From Paraphysomonas bandaiensis (Eukaryota; Protista; Chrysophyceae): 64,000 nt of DNA. Below are positions 9,519 to 21,882 of this stretch, one piece after another. The translations under genes and the position numbers were made by a program. Within the stretch, counting starts at the first letter, position 1. Every line of letters begins with the position of its first letter. The notes below the pieces were generated by a model, which was given only the letters and a program-made list of their open reading frames with translations, did not search any database and was not told the origin of the DNA. Where the stretch lies: positions 124,001 to 188,000 of the forward strand of contig CBFFRP010000457.1 of NCBI GenBank assembly GCA_965644295.1, given 5' to 3'.

Positions 9519-12005
9519 CTATTTCTGTCTATCATTCGAAGTCGCAATAAAGTAAAACGACACCATGAACACAACTGAAATAAACAGCAATCCTTTTTTA
9601 TACTCCGAAGAATTTCCTATATTTGGTGAATTCCCTTCCGCAGCATATGCACTCGATGTGCGCGACTTCAAATTTGGATTACGGTCATCACTTTTGTCAT
9701 CAACATTACCACTTCTCAAGGTAGAACTTCCAGTAGATCCGTTAATACTAGTACTCGCCTGGGATTTTCTCTCTCGTATTGTGTCACCGGACTGCGAACA
9801 GTGACCACTTGATGACGACCCCGATACAACATTCCCAGAAGCAGCAGACGAATTGGCAGAAGAATTGCCCATGCTGGATGCCATCTTGGTATCATTATTA
9901 GATTTTCCTGAAGAAGTATCAGCCGACCCACCAGGTCGCGACGTTCCTTTGACAGCAGACGCGTACGATGTAGTTGCCATTGCAGATGCATTATTGTCAT
10001 CAACATTACCACTTCTCAAGGTAGAACTTCCAGTAGATCCGTTAATACTAGTACTCGCCTGGGATTTTCTCTCTCGTATTGTGTCACCGGACTGCGACCA
10101 GTGACCACTATGACCACTCGATGACGACCCCGATGCAACATTCCCAGAAGCAGCAGACGAATTGGCAGAAGAATTGCCCATGCTGGATGCCATCTTGGTA
10201 TCATTATTAGATTTTCCTGAAGAAGTATCAGCCGACCCACCAGGTCGCGACGTTCCTTTGACAGCAGACGCGTACGATGTAGTTGCCATTGCAGATGCAT
10301 TATTGTCATCAACATTACCACTTCTCAAGGTAGAACTTCCAGTAGATCCGTTAATACTAGTACTCGCCTGGGATTTTCTCTCTCGTATTGTGTCACCGGA
10401 CTGCGACCAGTGACCACTATGACCACTCGATGACGACCCCGATGCAACATTCCCAGAAGCAGCAGACGAATTGGCAGAAGAATTGCCCATGCTGGATGCC
10501 ATCTTGGTATCATTATTAGATTTTCCTGAAGAAGTATCAGCCGACCCACCAGGTCGCGACGTTCCTTTGACAGCAGACGCGTACGATGTAGTTGCCATTG
10601 CAGATGCATTATTGTCATCAACATTACCACTTCTCAAGGTAGAACTTCCAGTAGATCCGTTAATACTAGTACTCGCCTGTGATTTTCTCTCTCGTATTGT
10701 GTCACCGGACTGCGAACAGTGACCACTTGATGACGACCCCGATGCAACATTCCCAGAAGCAGCAGACGAATTGGCAGAAGAATTGCCCATGCTGGATGCC
10801 ATCTTGGTATCATTATTAGATTTTCCTGAAGAGGTATCAGTCGACCCGGCAGTACCGGACACTGCATCGGTCGAACCGGAAGTACCGGACACCCCACTAG
10901 CAGCATGTGAGTGGGCTGTAGCTGTCCTGTTGACTTCATTACCATCTTCTGAGGAGATATCAGTCGACCCGGCAGTACCGGACACTGCATCGGTCGACCC
11001 GGCAGTACCGGACACTCCACTGGCAGCATGTGAGTGGGCTGTAGCTGTCCTGTTGACTTCATTACCATCTTCTGAGGAGATATCAGTCGACCCGGCAGTA
11101 CCGGACACTCCACCAGTCGACCCGGCAGTACCGGACACTGCATCGGTCGACCCGGCAGTACCGGACACTCCAACAGTCGACCCGGCAGTATCGGACACTC
11201 CACCAGTCGACCCGGCAGTACCGGATACTCCACCAGTCGACCCGGCAGTATCGGACACTCCACCAGTCGACCCGGCAGTACCGGATACTCCACTGGTAGT
11301 AGATACATCATTCATATCATCACTCAATCCATCTGTATACACAATACCACTTGATCTTTTTAACCATTCTCTAAATTCACGTGGTGAAACCACACCATCC
11401 CCATTCGCATCAAGTGACTGTGCCAACATATCAATCTCATAATCTGATAATTCACCTAAACTTGTATTGATAATTTTTTGAAATGCTTTTTTCATCATAC
11501 GTACTTCAATTAAATTTCCACGTAATAATTTTATATTCAATTTCTTTGTAAATGTATATATAAGTGAATTATCATCAGCATCATTCCATCGATGTATGTA
11601 TGTATATATATAATTTTTACCCATTATTTCAATTAATGAATTACGAAATATTTCAAATACTATACCAATTTCACGTTGATTCTCATTTTTTGTCCATATA
11701 AAATTATGTAATTCATAATATGTAATTTTACCATCATGATTAATATCAATTTGTTCAATTAATAAATGTAGAAATTGATTGTAATTTTGTATTTTTACAT
11801 TTGAATTTTTGTATATTGTATTAATAAAATATTGTAATTCTGTTGTAGTAATATGCCCATCACCATCCCTATCAATAGTATGAAATAATTTTTGTAATGA
11901 AGTTTTTGCATTTTCGTTGGTATGATATTTTGATAGTATGATACGACGAAATTCACGTGCGTATTCCGAATATGAAGTGGGATTAAGAGATGAAGAAGTT
12001 GACAT
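9519..12005 (-). CDS. EF-hand protein with a long Ser/Gly/Thr tandem-repeat stalk and a C-terminal transmembrane anchor
   Basis: 828-aa ORF. Loops DRDGDGHITTTE, DINHDGKITYYE and DANGDGVVSPRE. 30-bp, 123-bp and 300/309-bp coding repeats. GLLFISVVFMVSFYFIAT lies near the C-terminus. Confidence 0.85.
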   Translation of the reverse strand: MSTSSSLNPTSYSEYAREFRRIILSKYHTNENAKTSLQKLFHTIDRDGDGHITTTELQYFINTIYKNSNVKIQNYNQFLHLLIEQIDINHDGKITYYELHNFIWTKNENQREIGIVFEIFRNSLIEIMGKNYIYTYIHRWNDADDNSLIYTFTKKLNIKLLRGNLIEVRMMKKAFQKIINTSLGELSDYEIDMLAQSLDANGDGVVSPREFREWLKRSSGIVYTDGLSDDMNDVSTTSGVSGTAGSTGGVSDTAGSTGGVSGTAGSTGGVSDTAGSTVGVSGTAGSTDAVSGTAGSTGGVSGTAGSTDISSEDGNEVNRTATAHSHAASGVSGTAGSTDAVSGTAGSTDISSEDGNEVNRTATAHSHAASGVSGTSGSTDAVSGTAGSTDTSSGKSNNDTKMASSMGNSSANSSAASGNVASGSSSSGHCSQSGDTIRERKSQASTSINGSTGSSTLRSGNVDDNNASAMATTSYASAVKGTSRPGGSADTSSGKSNNDTKMASSMGNSSANSSAASGNVASGSSSSGHSGHWSQSGDTIRERKSQASTSINGSTGSSTLRSGNVDDNNASAMATTSYASAVKGTSRPGGSADTSSGKSNNDTKMASSMGNSSANSSAASGNVASGSSSSGHSGHWSQSGDTIRERKSQASTSINGSTGSSTLRSGNVDDNNASAMATTSYASAVKGTSRPGGSADTSSGKSNNDTKMASSMGNSSANSSAASGNVVSGSSSSGHCSQSGDTIRERKSQASTSINGSTGSSTLRSGNVDDKSDDRNPNLKSRTSSAYAAEGNSPNIGNSSEYKKGLLFISVVFMVSFYFIATSNDRQK

Positions 12006-12118
12006 AAGATGATTATGAAGTTGATGATATAGTATGTGAATTAGTATAGTGATATGTGAGTATGTTTAGATATGAAATGAGACGTACACGACAGTGTTGA
12101 TGCAATAGATACATACAG

Positions 12119-12120
<2 letters not shown>

Positions 12121-12150
<30 letters not shown>

Positions 12151-12324
12151 TGTATGTATGTATGTATGTATGTATGTATGTATGTATGTATGTATGTATG
12201 TATGTATGTATGTATGTATGTATGTATGTATGTATGTATGTATGTATGTATGTATGTATGTATGTATGTATGTATGTATGTATGTATGTATGTATGTATG
12301 TATGTATGTATGTATGTATGTATG

Positions 12325-12355
<31 letters not shown>

Positions 12356-12430
12356 GTATGTATGTATGTATGTATGTATGTATGTATGTATGTATGTATG
12401 TATGTATGTATGTATGTATGTATGTGTGTA
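12121..12430. repeat. (TATG)n microsatellite, about 75 units
   Basis: Direct reading. Confidence 0.98.
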
Positions 12431-12837
12431 TGTATGTTGTAGTGGTGTTGTATCAAGATACTCTCTATATAAAATTTTCAATGAAAAAAAGGAATAAATA
12501 TTTCATATACCACCAGCAGTGTAGTGGACTAAAAATACCAAATATCTAGATCCAGGATATCAAAATATCCGAATATATTACTTTCAAATCCTATAAATTG
12601 AGGTATTTTATATGACACTTGAAAACAATCAAACTGAAAAAACTACTCAAGATATTTGGACTTATAATGGTGAAACTCACACAACATACATACACATACA
12701 TACATACATACATATACACATACATATTCTGTCAGTGTGTCTATGTATGTATGTATATATAGATAGTAACTCCGCCTTCCTACGGCATTATTTTAATAGA
12801 TAGTCATATTAGTTATCATTTTAAACTTTTTTTTGCC

Positions 12838-15435
12838 ATGGAATTACGTGTGGCAAGAAAGTTTCGTGTTGGTCCAAGAATTGGAAGTGGATCATTTGGA
12901 GAGATCTACGGGGGGGTGAATGTTCATACGGGGGAGGAAGTGGCGATAAAACTAGAGCCTATCAAGACAAAACATCCACAGCTTATATATGAGTCGAAAA
13001 TATATCGTGTTTTACAAGGCGGATGTATGTATATGCCTGCATTGGAGTGTGTATATATATGAGTGTGTATATATGAGTGTATAGGAGTGGATGTATATAT
13101 ATGAGTGTGTATGTATATGCCTGCAAAGGAGTGTGTATATATGAGTGTATAGGAGTGGATGTATATATATGAGTGTGTATGTATATGAGTGTATAGGAGT
13201 GTGTATATAGGAGTGTGTATGTATATGCCTGCAAAGGAGTGTGTATATATGAGTGTATAGGAGTGGATGTATATATATGAGTGTGTATGTATGAGTGTAT
13301 AGGAGTGTGTATATAGGAGTGTGTATGTATATGCCTGCATTGGAGTGTGTATATAGGAGTGTGTGTATATATGAGTGTGTATATATATGAGTGTATAGGA
13401 GTGGATGTATATATAGGAGTGTGTATGTATGAGTGTGTATGTATATGCCTGCAAAGGAGTGTGTATATATGAGTGTATAGGAGTGGATGTATATATATGA
13501 GTGTGTATGTATATGAGTGTATAGGAGTGTGTATATAGGAGTGTGTATGTATATGCCTGCATTGGAGTGTGTATATATGAGTGTGTGTATATATGAGTGT
13601 GTATATATATGAGTGTATAGGAGTGGAAGTATATATAGGAGTGTGTATGTATGAGTGTGTGTATAAATAGGAGTGTGTGTATGAGTATATATATAAGCAT
13701 ATATATGAGTATATGTATGAGTGTATGAGTGTGTGTATGCATATGTGGATATGAGCATATGGATAGGAGTATATATCAGTATGAGTATGAGTGTATATAT
13801 ATGAATGTGTGTGTACGTATAAGTATGTATATATATAGGAGTGTGTGTATATATAGTTATATGTATATGTGTATAGTGTGCTTTTATGTGTAAATACAAC
13901 TATATGTATACATGTGTAATGTTGTTGTATAGATGGCATACCAGGAGTGAAGTGGTTTGGCTCAGAGGGAGACTATAACGTCCTAGTTATAGATCTACTT
14001 GGTCCTTCTTTGGAGGATTTGTTTAATTATTGTAACAAGAAATTCACATTGAAGACTGTGCTACTTCTGGCCGATCAGATGATCTCTCGGTTAGAGTTTA
14101 TGCACTCTCGTTCTTACATACACCGTGATGTCAAACCCGACAACTTTTTGATAGGCACAGGGTCTAGAAAGGTTAGTTATATCGCTTAGTAGATTGGCAT
14201 ATTTTTATGTCGTATTTTTGCAGCATATTGTTCATATAATCGATTTCGGACTCGCCAAGAAATATCAAGACCCTAGGAATGGTAGACACATTCCCTACAT
14301 TGAAGGCAAGAATCTGACTGGGACAGCTAGATATGCGTCCATAAACACACATATGGGTATTGAACAGGTCAGTTGTTAATGCATTGGAAGTGATGTTGAG
14401 TAATGTGACGGGCAGAGTCGAAGGGACGACATGGAGAGTTTGGGATTCGTGTTAATGTATTTCCTAAGGGGGTCCCTACCTTGGCAAGGACTGAAGGTGT
14501 GTTCTGTGTGTGTGTGTGTATAGCAACACATACGTTGTACGATACATGCGTGTTTCACTAAGATGCACAAAGTAATATATACTCTTGCTTTTGTAGGCCA
14601 ACACTAAGAAACAGAAATATCAGCGCATATTGGAGCGCAAACAACAAACACACACAGACCTACTCTGTCTGAACTACCCATCAGAGTTCAAGGAGTACTT
14701 CGCCCACTGTTCATCTTTAGGATTTGAAGATCGACCCGATTACAGGTTTTCTATATTTTGTAACGCATTCTAGATTTCGTCGGTTTAACAATAACTTCTT
14801 AATAGATATTTGAAGAGAATATTTAAAGATTTGTTTGAAAGAGCTGGTTATGAGGATGACGGTAAGAATTACATACGATTGAATGTGTTCCTTTTTACTC
14901 TGTTCACCTACAGGTCTGTACGACTGGGATCTGAGCCTTAAGGCTAAGACAGATGGATCTTTTGGTCTGGAGGGTCTAAAGTATGGATCTCCTAGAGAAT
15001 ATGCTGCCGGGCAGTCGGGAGAGGTTTCACCCAGTAATGAACGACCGAAGGAAGATACCCCAGACGCACAGGCACCTGGTGATAAAGGGGCAACAAGTAA
15101 TGGCATGGGAGCGGGAATGCAGAGTGAGGGGGCAGCACGCAAAGATGATGGTAGCCAGATGGTGAGTGGAGCTTCAAGTGAAAACCTCTCAGGAGCAGCA
15201 GGGAAGAAAAGCATTATATCTTCTATAAGGTACGGGCAGCATGTGCAACAATGGCATGGCAGCAACCTGGTAGAGTCTACTTCGTTAACACACCTATTCG
15301 TATGTTATCTGTCTGATAACCTTATTCAAATAGTATGTATCTATATGTAATATTTCTTTCAGGCATAGTTTGTTTGGTTCGCGAGGAGGTGCACGACCTG
15401 GAGAGAACGCCGGAGCGGGTCGAGGCGCCCGTTAG
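12838..15435 (+). CDS. CK1: Casein kinase 1, 9 exons
   Basis: Motifs [66 protein letters not shown] and LPWQGLK. First exon 12838-13024, long first intron to 13932, last exon 15363-15435. Confidence 0.95.
13025..13720. repeat. Complex minisatellite (GAGTGTGTATAT-based, with higher-order units) in CK1 intron 1
   Basis: Recurring atatgcctgca..ggagtgtgtatatatgagtg blocks. Confidence 0.9.
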
Positions 15436-16399
15436 TCCTCAGTCACCTCACATATACCTACCTCTTCGCTACAGCAGAGAGTAATAGTCCACTATCATGC
15501 AGTAGTAGAAGGTCCACATCCTGTTTATGAAGATAATCCCTATTGTTCATTTGATACTGCCCGAACGTGTACCTCATGAAGTTGCCTGTGTTGAGTTTTA
15601 TGATTATCACTACTTGCATCGGAAACTCTGTGATTCGTAAGATGAGGAGATTAATCGAGCCGCGTTGTCAATGCTCTCTCGTGCTGCCGGAGTGGTCTGT
15701 TGTTGTAGCTAGGTCAATGTGGTAGATTCAGAAATAATAATCAATGTTATTACTCTTTAAAATTGTAATAGCGGCAATATGTCATGTCAGGAGAAATGGT
15801 TTTCTGAATCACAGAGAAAAAATGCACAAAATACTAGGCGAAAAAGTGCTAACTGCCGGATGCGGTAAAGATGGACACACATAGAATAAGAGAGAGTATA
15901 TTAAAACACGTTGTGTGGAGTAAAAATTCAATAAGTGAGTAGGTGTTACAGTTTAATTCCATTCATCAGACTAGAGCGAAGGTGTAGTTTCTTACTTCCT
16001 ATTTTTATCTTCTTTGGCTGCTTCTAAATACTTACTAACCCTAATATTATCAGTATAAGTATGCTGGCGTCATGTTAGCCGTATAATATTATATATCTGG
16101 AGCTTTACTTCCAAGTTCCACCTATTCAAAAATAAATTCTGTACAAGCATAAGCATACACCAAAATATATACGTTAGAATAACCAGATAGCTAGTTATTA
16201 CAACTTGAATAATAATAATATCCATTAATACGTTGATAGCGATTTCGATACTACTGTCATTATAAAATAACTATAGGAAATGACCAACTAGCCCATATAC
16301 ATACTCCAGCCTCTCTCCACCGGAACAACGTAGAAATGCGTCATCTAAATATTATGTGTGCACGACTTAACTAACATCCATAGTAACACGTTGAGAGGT

Positions 16400-18579
16400 C
16401 TAGGCATCCGGTTTGTACTCCCCACCCAGAATTGGCTCTACATATCCACAGTCTCCTTTCGTTCCCACATTTCCTTTACCATCTGACGAACCGTAACCCT
16501 GGAAGCAGAGACACTCTCCAGTTGAACGGTCGCATAGACCACGCCCTGAGCACTCCCAGTTCTCTTTGTTTCCTTTTGTATACTCCTCTACCACGAAGCT
16601 GTCGATATCCTCAACAGCATACTGGAGCATTGGTAGGTCTCCATGCTCAGTGAGGAACTCGACCAGGAAAGTGTTCCCATCCACGGTACACAGGCTGTCT
16701 GTACCGTTGAGGCTGTCTATTGTCACTTTGACATCATCGATTTTAGAAATACCCTCAAGGGCGGCCTCCAACTGGGCGACGGTTGTAGAGGCTGTAAGAG
16801 ATACCAAATCGACTTGCTTATATGTCAGCACAATTGTACCGGAAACATCACTATCTGTGCACTTGATGCTTTGTACTTCATTGAACTGATAGTAGGAAGT
16901 TGGGTCATCTCCGTATGGGCAGGTACGAAGTGAGCAGTCGTAGCCCGTCCATTTCTCGTCACACAAGCAACCCTATTCGCACATTATGCTCAGCATATTA
17001 TCTTAACTACGCAAGACAAATACATACCTGCATTCTAAATGCGTCCCAAGTATGAGGGTTGTTGGGTGTGGCGCCATACGTAAAATCCGCAGCGTCACCA
17101 TTAACCTCCGCCAGCTCAGCAAGAGTGCTCATATCATGACACTGCCCGTGCCCACTGCAGACGTCATCGTTATTGACTTCTCCTGTTGAAACACTACCAG
17201 GACAAACTAGTCGGTTGCATGATGCTCCGGAGAATCCATCCATGCAAATACATGTGCCTGACTCACGGTCGCATATACCCATATCACTGCATTCCACATG
17301 TTCGAACACATGTGCAAGGTTGTCTTCCTCTGTGGGTCTTGTAAACCAGGAGGTCCCCTTGGGACAGACTCTGTTCGAGCAGTCAGAGCCAGTCCAGCCC
17401 TCAGAGCACTCACAGCGGAATTTTGGGCTGTTACTGCACTTGCCATGACCGGAACATGATATGATACCCGGACATTGTTGTATGGTCGTGAGAACGTAGC
17501 CACAGTCTCCCCGTTGCCCTCTCTGGTCATACCCATTGGACGTATCATAGCCTAAAATATAAGGCCATCAATTAGACGAATAAAAACTTGCATGCGTGAG
17601 AATTACCTGTCTCGCAACTGCAGTATCCATCAGACGGATCGCATATACCCCTGTTGGAGCACTCTTCGTCCTCCTTTGTTCCCTTGAGTTGCTCCTCAAC
17701 AACTAAGGAGACTGTGTAAATAGAGTTACCAAAAGAGAGACCCTCTGTCCTAGGTACTAGCATTGGTACATCTCCAAAGTTGTTCATGAATTCCACAGTC
17801 CACGATGTACCCGCATCAGTGCATGCCTGACCCGGCGAAGAGAACATTACGATTTTCACATCGCCAACAGTGACAAGATCTTCCAGATATGCCTCGATCT
17901 CCGCGGGCTTCGCATTGTACGGAATGCGCTCCGTGGTCTTATCGCGAAAGGAAAGGGTGAAGTACCCCGAGCCAGCCTTACAAGACACCTCCTGCACCTC
18001 GTTATGTTGTAAGGGGTTGCCGGAAGTGTCCGCAGAGCTGCCAGTGAGGGGGTCATCTCCCCGAGGGCAATACCGCAGTGAACAGTCAGGTCCATGATAT
18101 CCAGGATCACAATTACAACCATACATCATTTCAGCATCCCATATATCAGTGTACTCGTATACTGTGCCCTCACCGGGATCTTTCACTGCCGCATAATATT
18201 TCATTGACTGACATTTGCCGTTTCCAGAACACGCATTGGGACAAGTCTTACGTTCACATGCTTTCCCTTCAAACCCTTCTCGACACTGACATAATCCAGT
18301 TGTACGATCACATATTCCCATATTAGAACACTCTGCTTCATTATGAGCATCATCAGTCGCTATCGCCTGATCAGTCCATGCAGGCCCAAAAGGACATATG
18401 AGTTCACTACAATCACCCGCTTGATACCCTTCATAACACTGACACTGTCTCATCGCATCTAAACACAGTCCATGACCATTACACATACCAGAACATGGTG
18501 CTGAATGGATTTTATGAGTGTATAAAGCCACTAAACTGAATGTCATGAATAGATTATGAAACATCATATTCAGACTCAT
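16400..18579 (-). CDS. Secreted EGF/tenascin-like mastigoneme-type protein (Sig1/Ocm1-like), two tandem modules, 3 exons
   Basis: Exons 18579-17607, 17551-17028 and 16972-16400 join in frame. Repeated ECSNMGICDRxxG, CPxGDDP and NEVQ motifs. Hydrophobic N-terminus. Exact start Met uncertain. Confidence 0.8.
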
Positions 18580-19288
18580 GAAAATGATCAAAATGAATGT
18601 ATGTAATCACAAAATCTTTAAAATGAATACACAGATATATGATTTAGTTATATATCATTCATATAAGTCTGTCTATGTATGTATGTGACATGAGAGTGAA
18701 TTCAATTCCTTAACTATGAGATTTGCTGTACAAGTCAACATCCCTTAGAAAACTATAGTAAAGTTACGTTGTTCATTCGATTGTCGTTTCATAAGAAAAT
18801 ATCAAGGATTTATAGGAGTGAAAATGAAGGATATTATAGAAATCCTTAAGATTATGATATTCAATATATGAAAAATGAGAAATATAGCGAATATATATTA
18901 ATTTATGGGGTTTATAGTTTATAGAACACATTTAGAATATACTTACGAAGTAAAGAATACTCAAAACTCCGTGTTTTATGGTAGAAAAACTAAATATTCC
19001 CAATTATTGCTACTATAATACGTAAAAAGGTAGGGTTTTTAGAGGGTTTAGTTTTTTTTCAGTACAGCAGCGAACGTTTCATTGACGGTTGCTACATACA
19101 CATACATACATACACATACACACTGCTGTATACACACACACTCTCCACATACACACATATATACACATACATATCTACTCAACTGCACATATATATACTA
19201 ACACCCCCCTCCAAACTATTAGAAACACTTCATTTATAGCTCTCCAACTCCACCATATCCTCTTGCTTGCACTACATCAATCACAGTA

Positions 19289-19939
19289 ATGTCAATCGAA
19301 GTTGAGGAGACTATTAAGAGAATTCAGTCCCATAAAGGGGTCAAAGGAGTGCTCATCATGAACACAGAAGGCATTCCTATTCGTTCTAATTTCTCACCTG
19401 AAGAGACAGAAAATTATGCATCACTTGTATCACAGGTACCGTATTTCGTGTATTATGAGCTGTATATCAGTTATATATCAGTGTATGTTATATATGAGTA
19501 TGTTATATATCAGTGTATGTGTTATATATTATTATGTACTCTCTATCGTGTGTCCGGGACTGTATATATCATGTATCATATGATGTATATCAGTATATAG
19601 TATATGTTATATATGAGTAAGTCATGTTGTAGTATGTGTTATATGTCAGTATATGTGTTATATATTTGGATGTTATATAGTAGTGTATGTTATATATATT
19701 TGCATGTGAATATATATTAGTGTATATTAGAGTATATTATATTATTATATGTTATGTATTATACTGTCAGTTCTCATTTTCAAATGCAGCTATCCCTGAA
19801 GGCCGCTGGTGTGGTTCGCACGTTGGATGAGAGCGACGAATTAGCTTTTCTGAGGGTGAGATCAAAGAAACACGAGATTATGATCGCTCCTGACAAGGAT
19901 TATGTATTAGTAGTGGTACAAACACCGAACGAAGCTTAA
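19289..19939 (+). CDS. DYNLRB: Dynein light chain roadblock-type (LC7), 2 exons
   Basis: Exons 19289-19435 and 19790-19939. [17 protein letters not shown]...[19 protein letters not shown]. Confidence 0.95.
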
Positions 19940-20201
19940 TTGTCATGTTGATGTGTTACTGCCAGTTGTAGATTATTCATGTGCCAGTGATGATTATATA
20001 GAATACCATATTTGCCTATACTGCGTGGAATAAGTTAAACTGGTTAGATATGACCATTAGTTTAATTTGCCATTGTCAGTGGTTACTAGCAATACTATAG
20101 GAAAATCTCAGTGTTATCTTTTAATGGGTACAAGTACTGGTAATAATTCGTTAGTCTATCGCAATATTCTGCTTCTAGCTATTCGCACCAGCAGAATGAT
20201 T

Positions 20202-20363
20202 CTAAGGAAAACACAGTGGCTATATCTACTGTATATGATATTGTCTACCATTAGTTAGAAATCTTGAGATATATATCTCAGCAAAGTTGTATATAACATA
20301 CTATATTTTCACTATGAAATAACATGTAACAGCTTTTAAAATAACACAGAAGGCAAAGTCTTT
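20202..20363 (+). repeat. Direct repeat copy 1 (copy 2 at 23521-23695)
   Basis: cacagtggctatatctactgtatatgatattgtctaccattagttaga...ctcagcaaagttgtatataa is shared almost exactly. Confidence 0.9.
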
Positions 20364-20449
20364 GATATATGTGATGTCAATGTTGTTTGAAATAGTTTAT
20401 TGTTAATTGAGAGCTTTCTTAAATAATCCCGAAAGTGAGCTTTTATTAG

Positions 20450-20889
20450 TGCCCCATTCGCTCTGAGAGTGTACCAAAGTGAAGTGCTAGTGTTGACTAA
20501 GCTAAGTAACGTATAGATTACGGATATAGATTATTAATAAATATCTCAGCGTATTCTTTGTGTGACGGCACCAAGAAAACTCTAGCTAGATCTACACTAT
20601 ACTTGCATAGCCTATATGAGTTTACGAGAAACCCCGCGCATTCTAGGGAAGGGAGAGGGGGTGGCCAATGTCACACTAGACCTATACTGAGTCATGCAGG
20701 TCACGAGAAGTCCCGCGTAATCTCAGCAAATGTTAACACAGTTGGGTGGGCAACAGAATCTGCGCGTTATCTATGTGGGCAGCTACGTTGGTACACGGAT
20801 GGGTGGGTAGTAGAATCAGTGCTATATCTCGGTGTTAAAGGTGGTACACCAGCCAGTCTACAATATGGCCACGCCCTCGGAACGGGGCA
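20450..20889 (+). mobile_element. Solo-LTR-like (TG...CA) dispersed repeat with terminal inverted repeats
   Basis: TGCCCCATTC...CGGAACGGGGCA. Homologue at 61667-62173 and a related start at about 28697. No TSD seen. Confidence 0.6.
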
Positions 20890-21255
20890 CTTGTCACAGG
20901 CATTTATTGTAGCATAATGAATACGAAGTGCGTAATCTGGAGGTTAGTCAATAATTCTCCTGTATTTTATCCTCCATTGTAGAGGTTAAAAGCTGTCGAT
21001 CTGTGCCATCATATTCCTTCAAATTTCTTCAACACCATGCACAGTTACCGTCATCACTGGCATTATTCTCATGTGTTTTGAAGTTCCCTCATTTGAGCAT
21101 ACGTGCAAACTATTGATAGAACCATTCAGTGCCATCCAGTACTGTTACATTGCAATAAGATAACCATTTCTATAGAATATAGCCCACACATATCTATCTA
21201 ATACCATAACCACAATAATGAGGCAACAATCATCTTCTATAGCATATATATATGC

Positions 21256-21400
21256 AACTTGGTCATCATCTTTTTTCGGAAATAAATTGAAGCAAATATT
21301 GTCGATATTACTGCAATAAAACTACGGTTTTAATACAGATAATTGTTGTCTCAATATTACAGGCATCTTTGAACAAAAAAATACCAACGATGCTGATACG
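21256..21400 (+). mobile_element. 150-bp MITE family, degenerate copy
   Basis: Similar to 21610-21762, 24240-24390 and 63106-63254. Confidence 0.7.
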
Positions 21401-21609
21401 ATATGTGTACACATCCTGGGCATTCATTTACATATGCAGGGGGTGGTTTCATCATATTTGATTGAAAAATCATCGTTTTTTCATTGAAAAGTGAAAAAAA
21501 GTGACTTTTTAATGAGAAAACGATGACTTTTCTAACACAAGAAAAATATTTAAAAAATACGGGAGTTTGTTGCAGCCGTACCGGGGCATACAGATAAAGT
21601 ATCATACAA

Positions 21610-21762
21610 CGTATGGGTAGTCAGCATCTTATTTTTTCGGGAATATATTGAAGCAAAAATCATTCTATATTACTACAATACAACTACGGCTAGAATACAC
21701 ATAATTATTGTCTCAATATTAGAGGCATCTATGAACAAAAATACACAAAGGATGTCCATACG
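21610..21762 (+). mobile_element. 150-bp MITE family copy
   Basis: TIR CGTATGG...CCATACG. Five copies in the window. Confidence 0.75.
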
Positions 21763-21882
21763 ATGGTAGCTCTATGACATGACTATGCATAAATAGACGC
21801 ACAGTAAGATTTGAACTCATCTCACAATCGTCTGCTGTATTAACACTCTATCCGCCTCACAGAGTCTCATCATACTATCAGT

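Noticed and set aside
9519-12005. EF-hand TM protein as a STIM partner for the Orai-like gene
   Set aside because: No signal peptide, SAM or coiled-coil CAD region. Its topology puts the EF-hands in the cytosol.
12013-12549. YIHT/MYVC repeat ORFs here and at 5500-6900, 12900-13940, 27400-28040, 34200-34480 and 46740-47030
   Set aside because: Translations of micro- and minisatellites that lack stop codons. Not proteins.
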